52,382 nucleotides of DNA from Candidatus Hermodarchaeota archaeon (GTDB lineage: Archaea; Asgardarchaeota; Lokiarchaeia; Sigyniarchaeales; SOKP01). The stretch lies in the NCBI GenBank assembly GCA_048885535.1, contig JBHLLO010000015.1, positions 1 through 52,382 on the forward strand. The letters run 5' to 3'. This document shows positions 1-8,955 of this stretch, in pieces. Below the pieces are notes generated by a model that had not been told where the DNA came from, made no database searches, and saw nothing but the letters and a program-made list of their open reading frames with translations. How positions within the stretch are numbered: the stretch's first letter is position 1; every line of letters begins with the position of its first letter. Position numbers and translations under genes: made by a program.

Positions 1-56
1 TAAAAGATGCTGAAAACCTTAGGTTTTGTGAATATTGTGGCTCAAAACTGACTTAA
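1..56 (+). CDS. 3' end of a zinc-ribbon domain protein (partial)
   Basis: Frame from position 3 reads KDAENLRFCEYCGSKLT-stop (TAA 54-56), the second CxxC knuckle of a zinc ribbon. Confidence 0.65.
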   Translation, partial: KDAENLRFCEYCGSKLT

Positions 57-173
57 TATAATCCTTATTTATCATCATATCTCAAAGTCAAATTTAAAAA
101 GAATCATTGCCAGTTAAATTCGAAAAGATATAAATTTTATACATTCTTTAATAAATTAATCTCACCATGCTCA

Positions 174-309
174 GGGGACCTGGTGTAGGTTTACTAAGTA
201 ATATTGCTTAGTATAGCAAAACTCGGTAGCACGGCAGGCTCCAGATCCTATATGCAAAAATGTTCGTGCAGACACCTGTTAGTCGAGGGTTCAAATCCCT
301 CGGTCCCCA
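174..309 (+). tRNA. tRNA-Trp(CCA) with a 37/38 intron (245..273) and a D-loop insertion (~189..221)
   Basis: Acceptor GGGGACC/GGTCCCC+A, D-stem GTGT/GCAC, anticodon stem GCAGG/CCTGT with CT-CCA-G (anticodon 241-243), T-arm GAGGG-TTCAAAT-CCCTC. Confidence 0.9.
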
Positions 310-403
310 TAATTTCTTTTTCCAATTAAATTTTAATTAGTCCTTGAAAAACAACTTCTTAGAAATTTTATTAGAAAGTTAGTATTAGAATATATTAACT
401 TTA

Positions 404-1147
404 ATGATAAATCTCAAACATGAATTACTACAGGATAACATAAGTTTAAAGCAAGCTGAGCAGTTACAAGCTAAATACTCTTCGATACTAAAAAGACAAG
501 AACTAGAAATAGAAGACTTTTTTTCAATAAAAAAGGTGAATAATGTTGTTGGTGTTGATATTTCATACTTTAACCAAGAGAATGAGGAGTTTGGAGTTTC
601 CTGTGCCGTTCTTTGGAGCATTCTAAACAAGAAAGTCATACATTCAGCTTTTTTTAAAGACCAAATTAAATTTCCTTATCATGCGGGTTTTCTGGGTTTT
701 AGAGAATGTAATATATTAGCCCAAGCTATTGCGAAACTCCCAGTAAAACCTGATGTTATTATGTGTGATGGTCATGGATTTATCCATCCAAAAAGATTTG
801 GAGAAGCAGTTCATTTAGGATTAGCTCTTAATATTCCCTCTATAGGTATTGCTAAAAAGCCATTTATAGGTCATTCTAATTGGGTAGAGTTGAAGAGGAA
901 AAAAGCAAATAAAGTACCCATTTTTGCGTCTGATCCATCAGTAATGAAAAATTCAGAATTATTAGGATATGCAATCTGTTTAAATGATAATATGAAACCC
1001 GTTTTTATTAGTAGGGGTTATAAAACAACTTTAGATCTAGCAGTTGATATCGCGTTAAAAACGACTTCAAGTCATAGACAACCTGAACCTATTTATATAG
1101 CTGATCAGTTATCAAGGAGTAAGGTTAAGGAGTTTCTTCATCCTTAA
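404..1147 (+). CDS. nfi: Endonuclease V (deoxyinosine 3' endonuclease)
   Basis: Motifs VGVDISY, FPYHAGFLGFRE, MCDGHGFIHPKRFG, SIGIAK, RQPEP..AD. Confidence 0.93.
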   Translation: MINLKHELLQDNISLKQAEQLQAKYSSILKRQELEIEDFFSIKKVNNVVGVDISYFNQENEEFGVSCAVLWSILNKKVIHSAFFKDQIKFPYHAGFLGFRECNILAQAIAKLPVKPDVIMCDGHGFIHPKRFGEAVHLGLALNIPSIGIAKKPFIGHSNWVELKRKKANKVPIFASDPSVMKNSELLGYAICLNDNMKPVFISRGYKTTLDLAVDIALKTTSSHRQPEPIYIADQLSRSKVKEFLHP

Positions 1148-1236
1148 ATTATAAGATATTTTTATACTAAATTTACGTGAAAGCCTTGTTTCACGAAAAA
1201 TAGAAGATATTAATAAAAAATTAAAAAATAAATAAT

Positions 1237-4200
1237 TTATTTTTGCTCATTTCCACATTTTGGGCAAATTCGAGCATCAGCATCAATCATAAATCCACAA
1301 TATAAACATTTTATGGGTTTTGCGAATTCTTCTTTTTCAGTAGGCTTCTTTTCAATAATAATTACTTCACGTTGCACTATCACTGGAGTAGTAGGTGGTA
1401 TTTTTTGATACTTTTTTTCTTCTTCTTGTTTTAATGCCCTTCTTAAGTCCGATTTTGATGGTCTTTGGGGCTTAGGAGGCTTTGGAGGTTTAGGGGCTTT
1501 AGGAGGCTTTGGAGGGCGAGCTCTTCTCTTCCGTATTAGGAATAAAGCTAAAACAATCGACATTGCTGCGATAAATACTCCAATAGCAACACTTATTATG
1601 ATAATAATACTGAAATCAGGGGGTATATAAGGGGGAATAGATTTTTGAATAATTACCTCTTCGAACACTATATTACCTGCTTCATCTAGAGCATAAAATC
1701 TAATTGTAATAGCGCCAGAAGGAGCAGAATTCCATGCATCTGAATTTATATACCCTGTATATTGTGTTATGTAATAATTATTTACACCTCCATCAATAGT
1801 GTACCATACTACATCAAGATTAGCCTCTACTACAGAAATATTGAAAGCTGGAGGTATTGTTGTAAACTCATTACCGATTAAGGGTGAGTAAATTATAATT
1901 ACTGGATCAGTAATATCCTTGTTAATTGTGACATCCTCGTAACTTAAGCGTCCAAAGGAGTCATTTGCATAGAACCTGATTAAAATTAAGCCTTCCCCCA
2001 ATTTATCCCATTCTGTTTGGTTTATTATTCCTGTAGAACCAGTGAATGTAACATTATTATTGCCACTATCCATTGTATACCAACTAGCATTTAATGAATA
2101 ATCAGTTATATCAATATTAAAGGTAGGTGGATTTTCATTAAAGAAATCATTCATAACTGGGCTATTAATTGTAATAAGTGGAGCTGTTGTGTCTTTGATA
2201 ACAATGACTTCTTCTGAACTTTCACGTCCAAGAGTATCATTTGCATAAAATCGAATACTAACAGGACCATCCAATTGATTGTCCCATTCTGTTTGATTAA
2301 TTGAACCAATCAATCCGGTAAAATAATACTTATTTACTCCATTATCTAACGAATACCATGTCTGATTTAAATTTATATCAATTACTAAAATCTCAAAATC
2401 TGGTGCACCTAAACCTAAAATATCATTTGATTTCGGAGAATTAATAAAGATAACGGGTGGTAAAACATTTATTGAAAAATATCGTTTTATAGATTTATAA
2501 TTAGTTCCTAGAGTGTCATTTCCAAACACTTGAATATTATGTTGACCTTCAGTCGGAATTGGTATTGTAACATTTCCCATTATCGTCTTATTAGCTGATC
2601 CATCTAATGAATACCCTATCCAATCTAAGGTAGTACTATTCTCAGAACTTAGGAGTAAACCTTCATTTAAGTTATCACCTGTACTATAATAATTGTCTCC
2701 CGACCAACCTATTGCATCTATACAGAAAATACCTGATCGAAAGCTATTTGTCCATACTTTAATACGGTCAATATAACCTGAACCAGCATTCATATCTGTG
2801 TTAAGTAAAACCATATCATTATTTATTGTGAAATTTGCTTTACCCAAAGCACAATTAAAATCAAATTTGATATGAATCCATTCATTGTCATTATAGTATG
2901 CACCCGGCACAATTGTCCATCCACTAGAATAACGCCAACTCCACATTCCATCATTATCTGCATCTGCTTGTATTCCGACTTTAATAGAGTCACCTTCATG
3001 CAAACCTATATAACAAGCAGTACTTCCACTTTGTTTATAAAACCAAAATTCTAAATATCCTTTTGTTTGGGGAACAAGGTCACAAGCTCCTTGAGAAAAT
3101 GCAGTTGAACTATCCGGATCGTAAAGTTGAAGCACTTTATTATGTCCATCGTGCTGACTTTTAACGTCAACTAGGCATCCTCCCCCAGATGACTCATCTA
3201 TCCATCCTTTTGGAACACTTCCATCTTTATCATTCTCAAATCCATAAGAGGCAAGATAATAACCACTCATTGATTCTGTGTATGTTATGTTATCGGGGGT
3301 AAGTATTGAAATACTAATCCCTATAGTAAAATATATCATATTAGATGCATACATAGTTCCTAAAGTATTATTTCCAAACACTTGAATATTATGTTGGCCT
3401 TTACTCGGAATTGGTATTGTAACATTTCCCATTATCGTCTTATTAGCTAATCTGTCTAATGAATACCCTATCCAATCTAAGGTAGTACTATTCTCAAAAC
3501 TTAGGAGTAAACCTTCATTTAAGTTATCACCTGTACTATAATAATTGTCTCCCGACCAACCTATTGCATCTATACAGAAAATACCTGATCGAAAGCTATT
3601 TGTCCATACTTTAATACGGTCAATATAACCTGAACCAGCATTCATATCTGTGTTAAGTAAAACCATATCATTATTTATTGTGAAATTTGCTTTACCCAAA
3701 GCACAATTAAAATCAAATTTGATATGAATCCATTCATTGTCATTATAGTATGCACCCGGCACAATTGTCCATCCACTAGAATAACGCCAACTCCACATTC
3801 CATCATTATCTGCATCTGCTTGTATTCCGACTTTAATAGAGTCACCTTCATGCAAACCTATATAACAAGCAGTACTTCCACTTTGTTTATAAAACCAAAA
3901 TTCTAAATATCCTTTTATTTGGGGAACAAGGTCACAAGCTCCTTGAGAATATGAAGTTGAACTATCCGGATCGTAAAGTTGAAGCACTTTATTATGTCCA
4001 TCGTGCTGACCTTTAACATCAACTAGGCATCCTCCTCCATTTGACTCATCTACCCATCCTTTTGGAACACTTCCATCTTTATCATTCTCAAACCCATAAG
4101 AAGCAAGATAATAACCACTCATTGGTTCTGAATAAGTTGTGTTTTCAGGGGTAAGTACTATTATTTCATTAGCATTAGAATTGGGGAAATCATTTTTAGT

Positions 4201-4302
4201 GAATTGAGACATATCGACTGGATATAGGGATTGTGTTATCCCTAAAAGCAGTAAAAAATAAAGGAGAAATATTGAAAACCTTAAAACAATGCCCTTTTTC
4301 AA
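1237..4302 (-). CDS. Large single-pass surface protein: signal peptide, duplicated beta-sandwich (ConA/LamG-like) module, Ig-like repeats, TM helix, Pro/Lys-rich tail, C-terminal zinc ribbon
   Basis: Hydrophobic N-terminus; repeated WYSLD/WYTMD/WYTID...IRFYAND units; TM FSIIIIISVAIGVFIAAMSIVLALFLI; PPKPPKAPKPP; CLYCG...CPKCG. Confidence 0.85.
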   Translation of the reverse strand: MKKGIVLRFSIFLLYFLLLLGITQSLYPVDMSQFTKNDFPNSNANEIIVLTPENTTYSEPMSGYYLASYGFENDKDGSVPKGWVDESNGGGCLVDVKGQHDGHNKVLQLYDPDSSTSYSQGACDLVPQIKGYLEFWFYKQSGSTACYIGLHEGDSIKVGIQADADNDGMWSWRYSSGWTIVPGAYYNDNEWIHIKFDFNCALGKANFTINNDMVLLNTDMNAGSGYIDRIKVWTNSFRSGIFCIDAIGWSGDNYYSTGDNLNEGLLLSFENSTTLDWIGYSLDRLANKTIMGNVTIPIPSKGQHNIQVFGNNTLGTMYASNMIYFTIGISISILTPDNITYTESMSGYYLASYGFENDKDGSVPKGWIDESSGGGCLVDVKSQHDGHNKVLQLYDPDSSTAFSQGACDLVPQTKGYLEFWFYKQSGSTACYIGLHEGDSIKVGIQADADNDGMWSWRYSSGWTIVPGAYYNDNEWIHIKFDFNCALGKANFTINNDMVLLNTDMNAGSGYIDRIKVWTNSFRSGIFCIDAIGWSGDNYYSTGDNLNEGLLLSSENSTTLDWIGYSLDGSANKTIMGNVTIPIPTEGQHNIQVFGNDTLGTNYKSIKRYFSINVLPPVIFINSPKSNDILGLGAPDFEILVIDINLNQTWYSLDNGVNKYYFTGLIGSINQTEWDNQLDGPVSIRFYANDTLGRESSEEVIVIKDTTAPLITINSPVMNDFFNENPPTFNIDITDYSLNASWYTMDSGNNNVTFTGSTGIINQTEWDKLGEGLILIRFYANDSFGRLSYEDVTINKDITDPVIIIYSPLIGNEFTTIPPAFNISVVEANLDVVWYTIDGGVNNYYITQYTGYINSDAWNSAPSGAITIRFYALDEAGNIVFEEVIIQKSIPPYIPPDFSIIIIISVAIGVFIAAMSIVLALFLIRKRRARPPKPPKAPKPPKPPKPQRPSKSDLRRALKQEEEKKYQKIPPTTPVIVQREVIIIEKKPTEKEEFAKPIKCLYCGFMIDADARICPKCGNEQK
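2505..4157. repeat. Near-identical intragenic tandem duplication (852-bp offset; ~2505..3305 and ~3357..4157)
   Basis: Segments match at offset 852; the antisense 60-aa ORFs at 2872 and 3724 are identical. Confidence 0.95.
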
Positions 4303-4480
4303 CTTAAATACCCTTACAATTTTATTTAAATCTAATTTATTTCACAATTAGAGAACATATTTAATAAACATTTTTGTGTATGCTTAATTCATAACATTTG
4401 TTTTGAGTTCTAACAATTCTAGTATTCAATTGAGAAGTTAACAGGGGATAACCTTTTCTTTCCTTCAAATTCAGTACAAT

Positions 4481-5281
4481 TTATTTGAAGTTTAACCTTT
4501 TTTTACACAATCCGACTGCATTTGGATTATTGTCAGTCCCAATCCAACTCCTATTAAGCTTCTTAGCCACCACCAATGTAGTACCTGTGCCACAGAAAAA
4601 ATCTGCTACTAAGTCTCCTTCATTTGAAGAGGCTAATATTATCCTTTCGAGTAATTTTTCAGGTTTTTGGGTTGGATAACCTAAGTATTCTTTGGATCTT
4701 GTAGTCGTTTGAAAAGAATAAATATCATTCCAAACGTCTCCTAATAGATTTCCTGGTCGATCGTCAAGATATTGCTTTCCACCCCTCCGCTTGCGATATA
4801 TTCGCCCATCTTCATCTGTATATCTAAACATTTTTTTTATATAATCTTTTTTGTATGGCTTATATTGTTTATTAAAAGTGAAATTATTTGATTTTGTATA
4901 ATAGAGGATTGTATCATGTTGGCGAACCCATCCTTTTACTTGACTTTTAAAACCTGAAACACTGCTAACATTCCAAATAAGTTCACGTCTGAAGTTGTCT
5001 TTGCCAAAAATTAGATCACATAAAGGTTTTAAATCAAAAACAGCATTAGGATCACAATGAAGATAGAAACTCCCTGTGGTTTTTAGGACACGGTGCATCT
5101 CAATTACTCTTAAATTCATAAACTCTAAATAATCGTCTAAAGAATCCCATCTATCAGAAAATTCTTGATAATCGACCCCACTAAAAAATGGAGGATCAAT
5201 ATAAATTAAATCAATATACTCTGAATCTAGTTCCCTTAAAAACTCTAAATTATCTACTAAGTATACTGAATTTGATTTCAT
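4481..5281 (-). CDS. Site-specific DNA amino-methyltransferase (N4-C/N6-A, beta-type motif order)
   Basis: LIYIDPPF catalytic motif near the N-terminus; YPTQKPEKLLERII and DFFCGTGTT SAM-binding motif near the C-terminus. Confidence 0.93.
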   Translation of the reverse strand: MKSNSVYLVDNLEFLRELDSEYIDLIYIDPPFFSGVDYQEFSDRWDSLDDYLEFMNLRVIEMHRVLKTTGSFYLHCDPNAVFDLKPLCDLIFGKDNFRRELIWNVSSVSGFKSQVKGWVRQHDTILYYTKSNNFTFNKQYKPYKKDYIKKMFRYTDEDGRIYRKRRGGKQYLDDRPGNLLGDVWNDIYSFQTTTRSKEYLGYPTQKPEKLLERIILASSNEGDLVADFFCGTGTTLVVAKKLNRSWIGTDNNPNAVGLCKKRLNFK

Positions 5282-5320
5282 ATGAAGCTTAAATAATACA
5301 AAATTTATATATTATTTATA

Positions 5321-5713
5321 ATGAGGAAAGAACGCTTAAATAAGAAGTTCATGAATGAATTCAAAAATTTGGATTTCTCTCTTATTGAAGAAGAGACGAT
5401 TTATTTAGTAGGATCTGCACGTTTTAAACAATATTTTATAAAAATTGAATCAGTTTTACAAATACTATATAAAAAAATTGTAAATATTTGTTCAATTGAT
5501 GGATTATTAAATAAAGATAAATTTTCAGAAGATGAATGGGAAAAACTGCAATTAATTGCATTAAAAAAATTACACTTTCAAGACGCCATATTAGTTCTGG
5601 ACATAGATAATTATATCGGTAAACATTCAGAAGAAGAACTCAATTACTTTAATAATTACATTAAAAAACCAATTTATTATTTATCAAGATTAACTAGACC
5701 ACAAGATAATTAA
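5321..5713 (+). CDS. Nucleoside 2-deoxyribosyltransferase-like / DUF4406-like protein
   Basis: IYLVGS...DAILVLDIDNYIGKHSEEELNY...KPIYY follows the NDT-like flavodoxin-fold pattern. Confidence 0.55.
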   Translation: MRKERLNKKFMNEFKNLDFSLIEEETIYLVGSARFKQYFIKIESVLQILYKKIVNICSIDGLLNKDKFSEDEWEKLQLIALKKLHFQDAILVLDIDNYIGKHSEEELNYFNNYIKKPIYYLSRLTRPQDN

Positions 5714-5827
5714 TCCAAATTACAAATCAAAAATCTAATAACCTCGTTAGATTTTAAATCTTTTTTAATGATTTAGATATAAATAGTTAAATTATCTAGT
5801 GTTAAGAATTAAGGGTCATTTTCTAAA

Positions 5828-6817
5828 ATGGAATTGTTCCAAGTCTTTTGGGACGACCAAAAGAACCTTTTCCTTGAATTCGAAAAAGATAGTGAAGAGC
5901 AATTAATTTTTCTTCCTAATAAAATAAGATATATGAATCTTCACTTTGAAATCTCTAAACTTATAGATCAGAATGTATTTTCCATCCACCATCCTCTTAT
6001 CGTTTCGATTAAAGAAATCTATCATTCAAATCTATGTTTGTCTTTTTCCCTAAATATAGATGAATTTAGAAATGCAAAAGATCTTCAGATAAGGATAAAT
6101 CGTCTTGTCATCATTTTAAAAAGTGGTCATCGTATAGAATATACATTTACAGAAAGCTTTAATCTATCTGACCTTTGGGTAAACGAAGATTGTTATTCTG
6201 GTTATGCTCTCGAGGATCTAAATTCAAAAAATCGCTATAAACAAAAAGTTACAAAAGAGAGATTATATGAAGAAATTCAGAGGGATTTAAATAATAACCA
6301 AGAAAAGAAAACATTAATCATTGAGAAGCAAAGTATAGAACATACCGTTGACAATAATTCCTTTGCCGAAATGCTAAGAGAAAATAATAATACATTAAAA
6401 ATTATAGCAAATGAGCTAAAAAATCTAACAACTGTCTTGAAAAGTATTTCCTTAGGCAATTTAAATCAAGGTTATTTACCCTCTAGACCTTCAATGCAAT
6501 CAACTAATGATGTCCCTATTGAAAGGAGAAAAACTCCTCCTTCAGCACCAAGAATAATTCAAGGAGGTTCCTCTTCAGCTAAAGTATTAGTTATTAAAGA
6601 AATGAAGGAAATCTTTTTCAAAAATATTGAGAAGAATAAAGATTTTAATGTTAAAGACATTTTGAAACCTTTAACTGACGAAGAATTAAAATATATTACA
6701 TTAAATGAAGAAGAATTGAAGAAGAGAGAAGAGAAAGCTATAGAGAATCAAATTAAGCGAATCAAAAAAGAGCAAGAAGTACCAATGTCTTTAGAAAACT
6801 TAAAAGAGCCAAAATAA
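5828..6817 (+). CDS. Hypothetical protein (globular N-domain, coiled coil, Pro/Ser-rich linker, charged C-terminus)
   Basis: 329-aa ORF with ATG start; no family recognised. Confidence 0.7.
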   Translation: MELFQVFWDDQKNLFLEFEKDSEEQLIFLPNKIRYMNLHFEISKLIDQNVFSIHHPLIVSIKEIYHSNLCLSFSLNIDEFRNAKDLQIRINRLVIILKSGHRIEYTFTESFNLSDLWVNEDCYSGYALEDLNSKNRYKQKVTKERLYEEIQRDLNNNQEKKTLIIEKQSIEHTVDNNSFAEMLRENNNTLKIIANELKNLTTVLKSISLGNLNQGYLPSRPSMQSTNDVPIERRKTPPSAPRIIQGGSSSAKVLVIKEMKEIFFKNIEKNKDFNVKDILKPLTDEELKYITLNEEELKKREEKAIENQIKRIKKEQEVPMSLENLKEPK

Positions 6818-6909
6818 CCATGGGTCAATTAAGAAGAATTTAATAAAAATTTAATTGTGCTAAAAGATTAAATTATAATTAATAGAAATTTACTAACGGA
6901 GGACAAATC

Positions 6910-7686
6910 ATTCTATTAAATTACTTCATTGGTACTGCAGGAAGTGGGAAATCTAATTTAACTGGTCAATTAAAAGATTACATTATAAATAGAGATCCAG
7001 AAATTTATGCTATTACACTTAACCTTGATCCTGGAGTAAAAGTTTTGCCTTATGCTCCAGATATCGATATAAGGGATTACATTGTCCTCGAAGAAGTAAT
7101 GACAGAATATGGATTAGGTCCTAATGGTGCAATGATTTTATCGTCAGATTTGATGGTAAACTACTTAGATGAGATCAAGGATGAGATTGATGAATATAAC
7201 CCCGATTGGATTTTTGTGGACACTGCAGGACAATTAGAGTTATTTGCTTTTAGAGATACTGGTCCTTTAATTGCCAGCTCTTTAGGATTTGGTTCAATAC
7301 AAAGAGCAGTATCATTCCTTTTTGATTCAAATTTAGTACTCAGACCCAATGGATTCATTTCTACTCTCCTTTTAGCAGCATCAGTTCAATTTAGATTCAG
7401 GAAAATCTCACAAGTAAACCTTTTATCGAAAGTTGATTTATTATCTGAAGAACAGATTGAAATGATTGTTAATTGGAGTCAAGATTTTAAAGCACTAGAA
7501 GATTCTACAAATGAACGTGAAAGTGGATTAATACGAGAATTGTCAATGTTAATATCAGAAGTATTTGTACAATTGGGATCAACTTCAGAATTAATACCTT
7601 GTTCAATTAAAGAAGAGAATGGACTTGATTTACTCTTTGGAGCATTACAAAGAATATTTGACTCCGATAAATCAAAATTTTATTAA
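6910..7686 (+). CDS. GPN-loop GTPase (probable ATT start; ORF track starts at 7045)
   Basis: P-loop GTAGSGKS and NLDPG lie in frame upstream of 7045; LGPNGA (GPN loop), DTAGQLELF, SKVD; GGAGG at 6898-6902. Confidence 0.9.
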   Translation: MLLNYFIGTAGSGKSNLTGQLKDYIINRDPEIYAITLNLDPGVKVLPYAPDIDIRDYIVLEEVMTEYGLGPNGAMILSSDLMVNYLDEIKDEIDEYNPDWIFVDTAGQLELFAFRDTGPLIASSLGFGSIQRAVSFLFDSNLVLRPNGFISTLLLAASVQFRFRKISQVNLLSKVDLLSEEQIEMIVNWSQDFKALEDSTNERESGLIRELSMLISEVFVQLGSTSELIPCSIKEENGLDLLFGALQRIFDSDKSKFY

Positions 7687-7744
7687 ATTTTTAATTAATT
7701 TTATTTATATAAAATCTCCCTCCAAAATAAAAAACCAAAATAAA

Positions 7745-8842
7745 ATGAAAATTATTGGACCAATTGCTGGAATAGGCTCACGATTACGACCTTTTACTTT
7801 AAGTAAACCTAAGACATTTATTAATATCGCTGGAAAAACCGTATTAGAGCATATACTGGATAAATTCGAAAACACATTTGATTCAGATACAGAATTAATT
7901 CTTATTGTAGGATACAGAAAAGACCAAATTACTGAATTTGTTAAAAAAAAGTACCAAGATAAATTTAGGTTAGTTTTTAAAGAGCAGATTCCACGTGGAT
8001 ACAATGATGATGTTCCATTTTTTTGGGGTTTAGCAGATGCAGTATATTTGGCTCATGATCAATTCAAAGAACTTCATATTAGTTCTAAAGATGAAGATAA
8101 AAGAGAGGGTGCACTGATTTTCTTAGCAGATATGATCCCTATTGATGAGTTTTCTTACATTATGTACCGCTATTTTGAATCCGATGTGGATGGGATAATT
8201 ACCGTTATGGAAGTTCCTAAAGAAGATGCAAGCTCATATGGAATTGTATCTGTAGATAATAATTTCATTATAAAAAAATTAGTTGAAAAGCCAAAAGATT
8301 ATATCTCGAATCTAGCAATTGCTGGGCCTTATTCTTTTTCTTATTCAGCAACAAAAGCACTTTTCAAACATATAAAAAGTTATCTTGATAAAAAAAATGA
8401 AAACACGAAAGAAATATACTTGACTGACAGTTTGCAAGATTTAGTCGATAATGGCTTTAAGATAGCTGCAGTCAATTTGAAACAAGGTATTCTAGATTTT
8501 GGTAGACCTTCCGAACTTTTAAATGGCAATAAATATCTATTAGAAAACTATTTTACAAAAAAGGAGGACTATAAGAAATCTAATATATCAGTTATAAAAT
8601 CTTTTATAAAAAATCCTGTTTTTATAGATAACAATTCCAAAATTATTAATTCTGTAGTGGGTCCATATGTATCTATAGGTAAATCTTGCAGAATTGAGAA
8701 TTGTATTTTAGAAAATTGTGTAATTGAAAAAAATAATATCCTTAAAAATATCATTTCCAGTAGTTCTATCATTGGAAGTAATGTACGAGTAGAAAATATC
8801 AGTAAAGATAATCTAATAATTGGAGATAAAAGTACTTTTTAA
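7745..8842 (+). CDS. Sugar-phosphate nucleotidyltransferase (glucose-1-P thymidylyltransferase long-form-like) with C-terminal beta-helix
   Basis: MKIIGPIAGIGSRLRPFT..KPK, YGIV, LVEKP, EIYLTD; hexapeptide-like C-terminus; start moved from 7619 to ATG 7745. Confidence 0.9.
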   Translation: MKIIGPIAGIGSRLRPFTLSKPKTFINIAGKTVLEHILDKFENTFDSDTELILIVGYRKDQITEFVKKKYQDKFRLVFKEQIPRGYNDDVPFFWGLADAVYLAHDQFKELHISSKDEDKREGALIFLADMIPIDEFSYIMYRYFESDVDGIITVMEVPKEDASSYGIVSVDNNFIIKKLVEKPKDYISNLAIAGPYSFSYSATKALFKHIKSYLDKKNENTKEIYLTDSLQDLVDNGFKIAAVNLKQGILDFGRPSELLNGNKYLLENYFTKKEDYKKSNISVIKSFIKNPVFIDNNSKIINSVVGPYVSIGKSCRIENCILENCVIEKNNILKNIISSSSIIGSNVRVENISKDNLIIGDKSTF

Positions 8843-8955
8843 ATATCAATATTTTAATAATTAAGAATTTTAAAAAACATTATTTACTTCTTTAAAATAT
8901 ATTTAACTAAGAATCAAAATAAAAATTAATGAAACCAATTTAAGTGTGATGTAAA

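Noticed and set aside
7619-7744. N-terminal extension of the nucleotidyltransferase
   Set aside because: Overlaps the GPN gene; the family motif begins at ATG 7745
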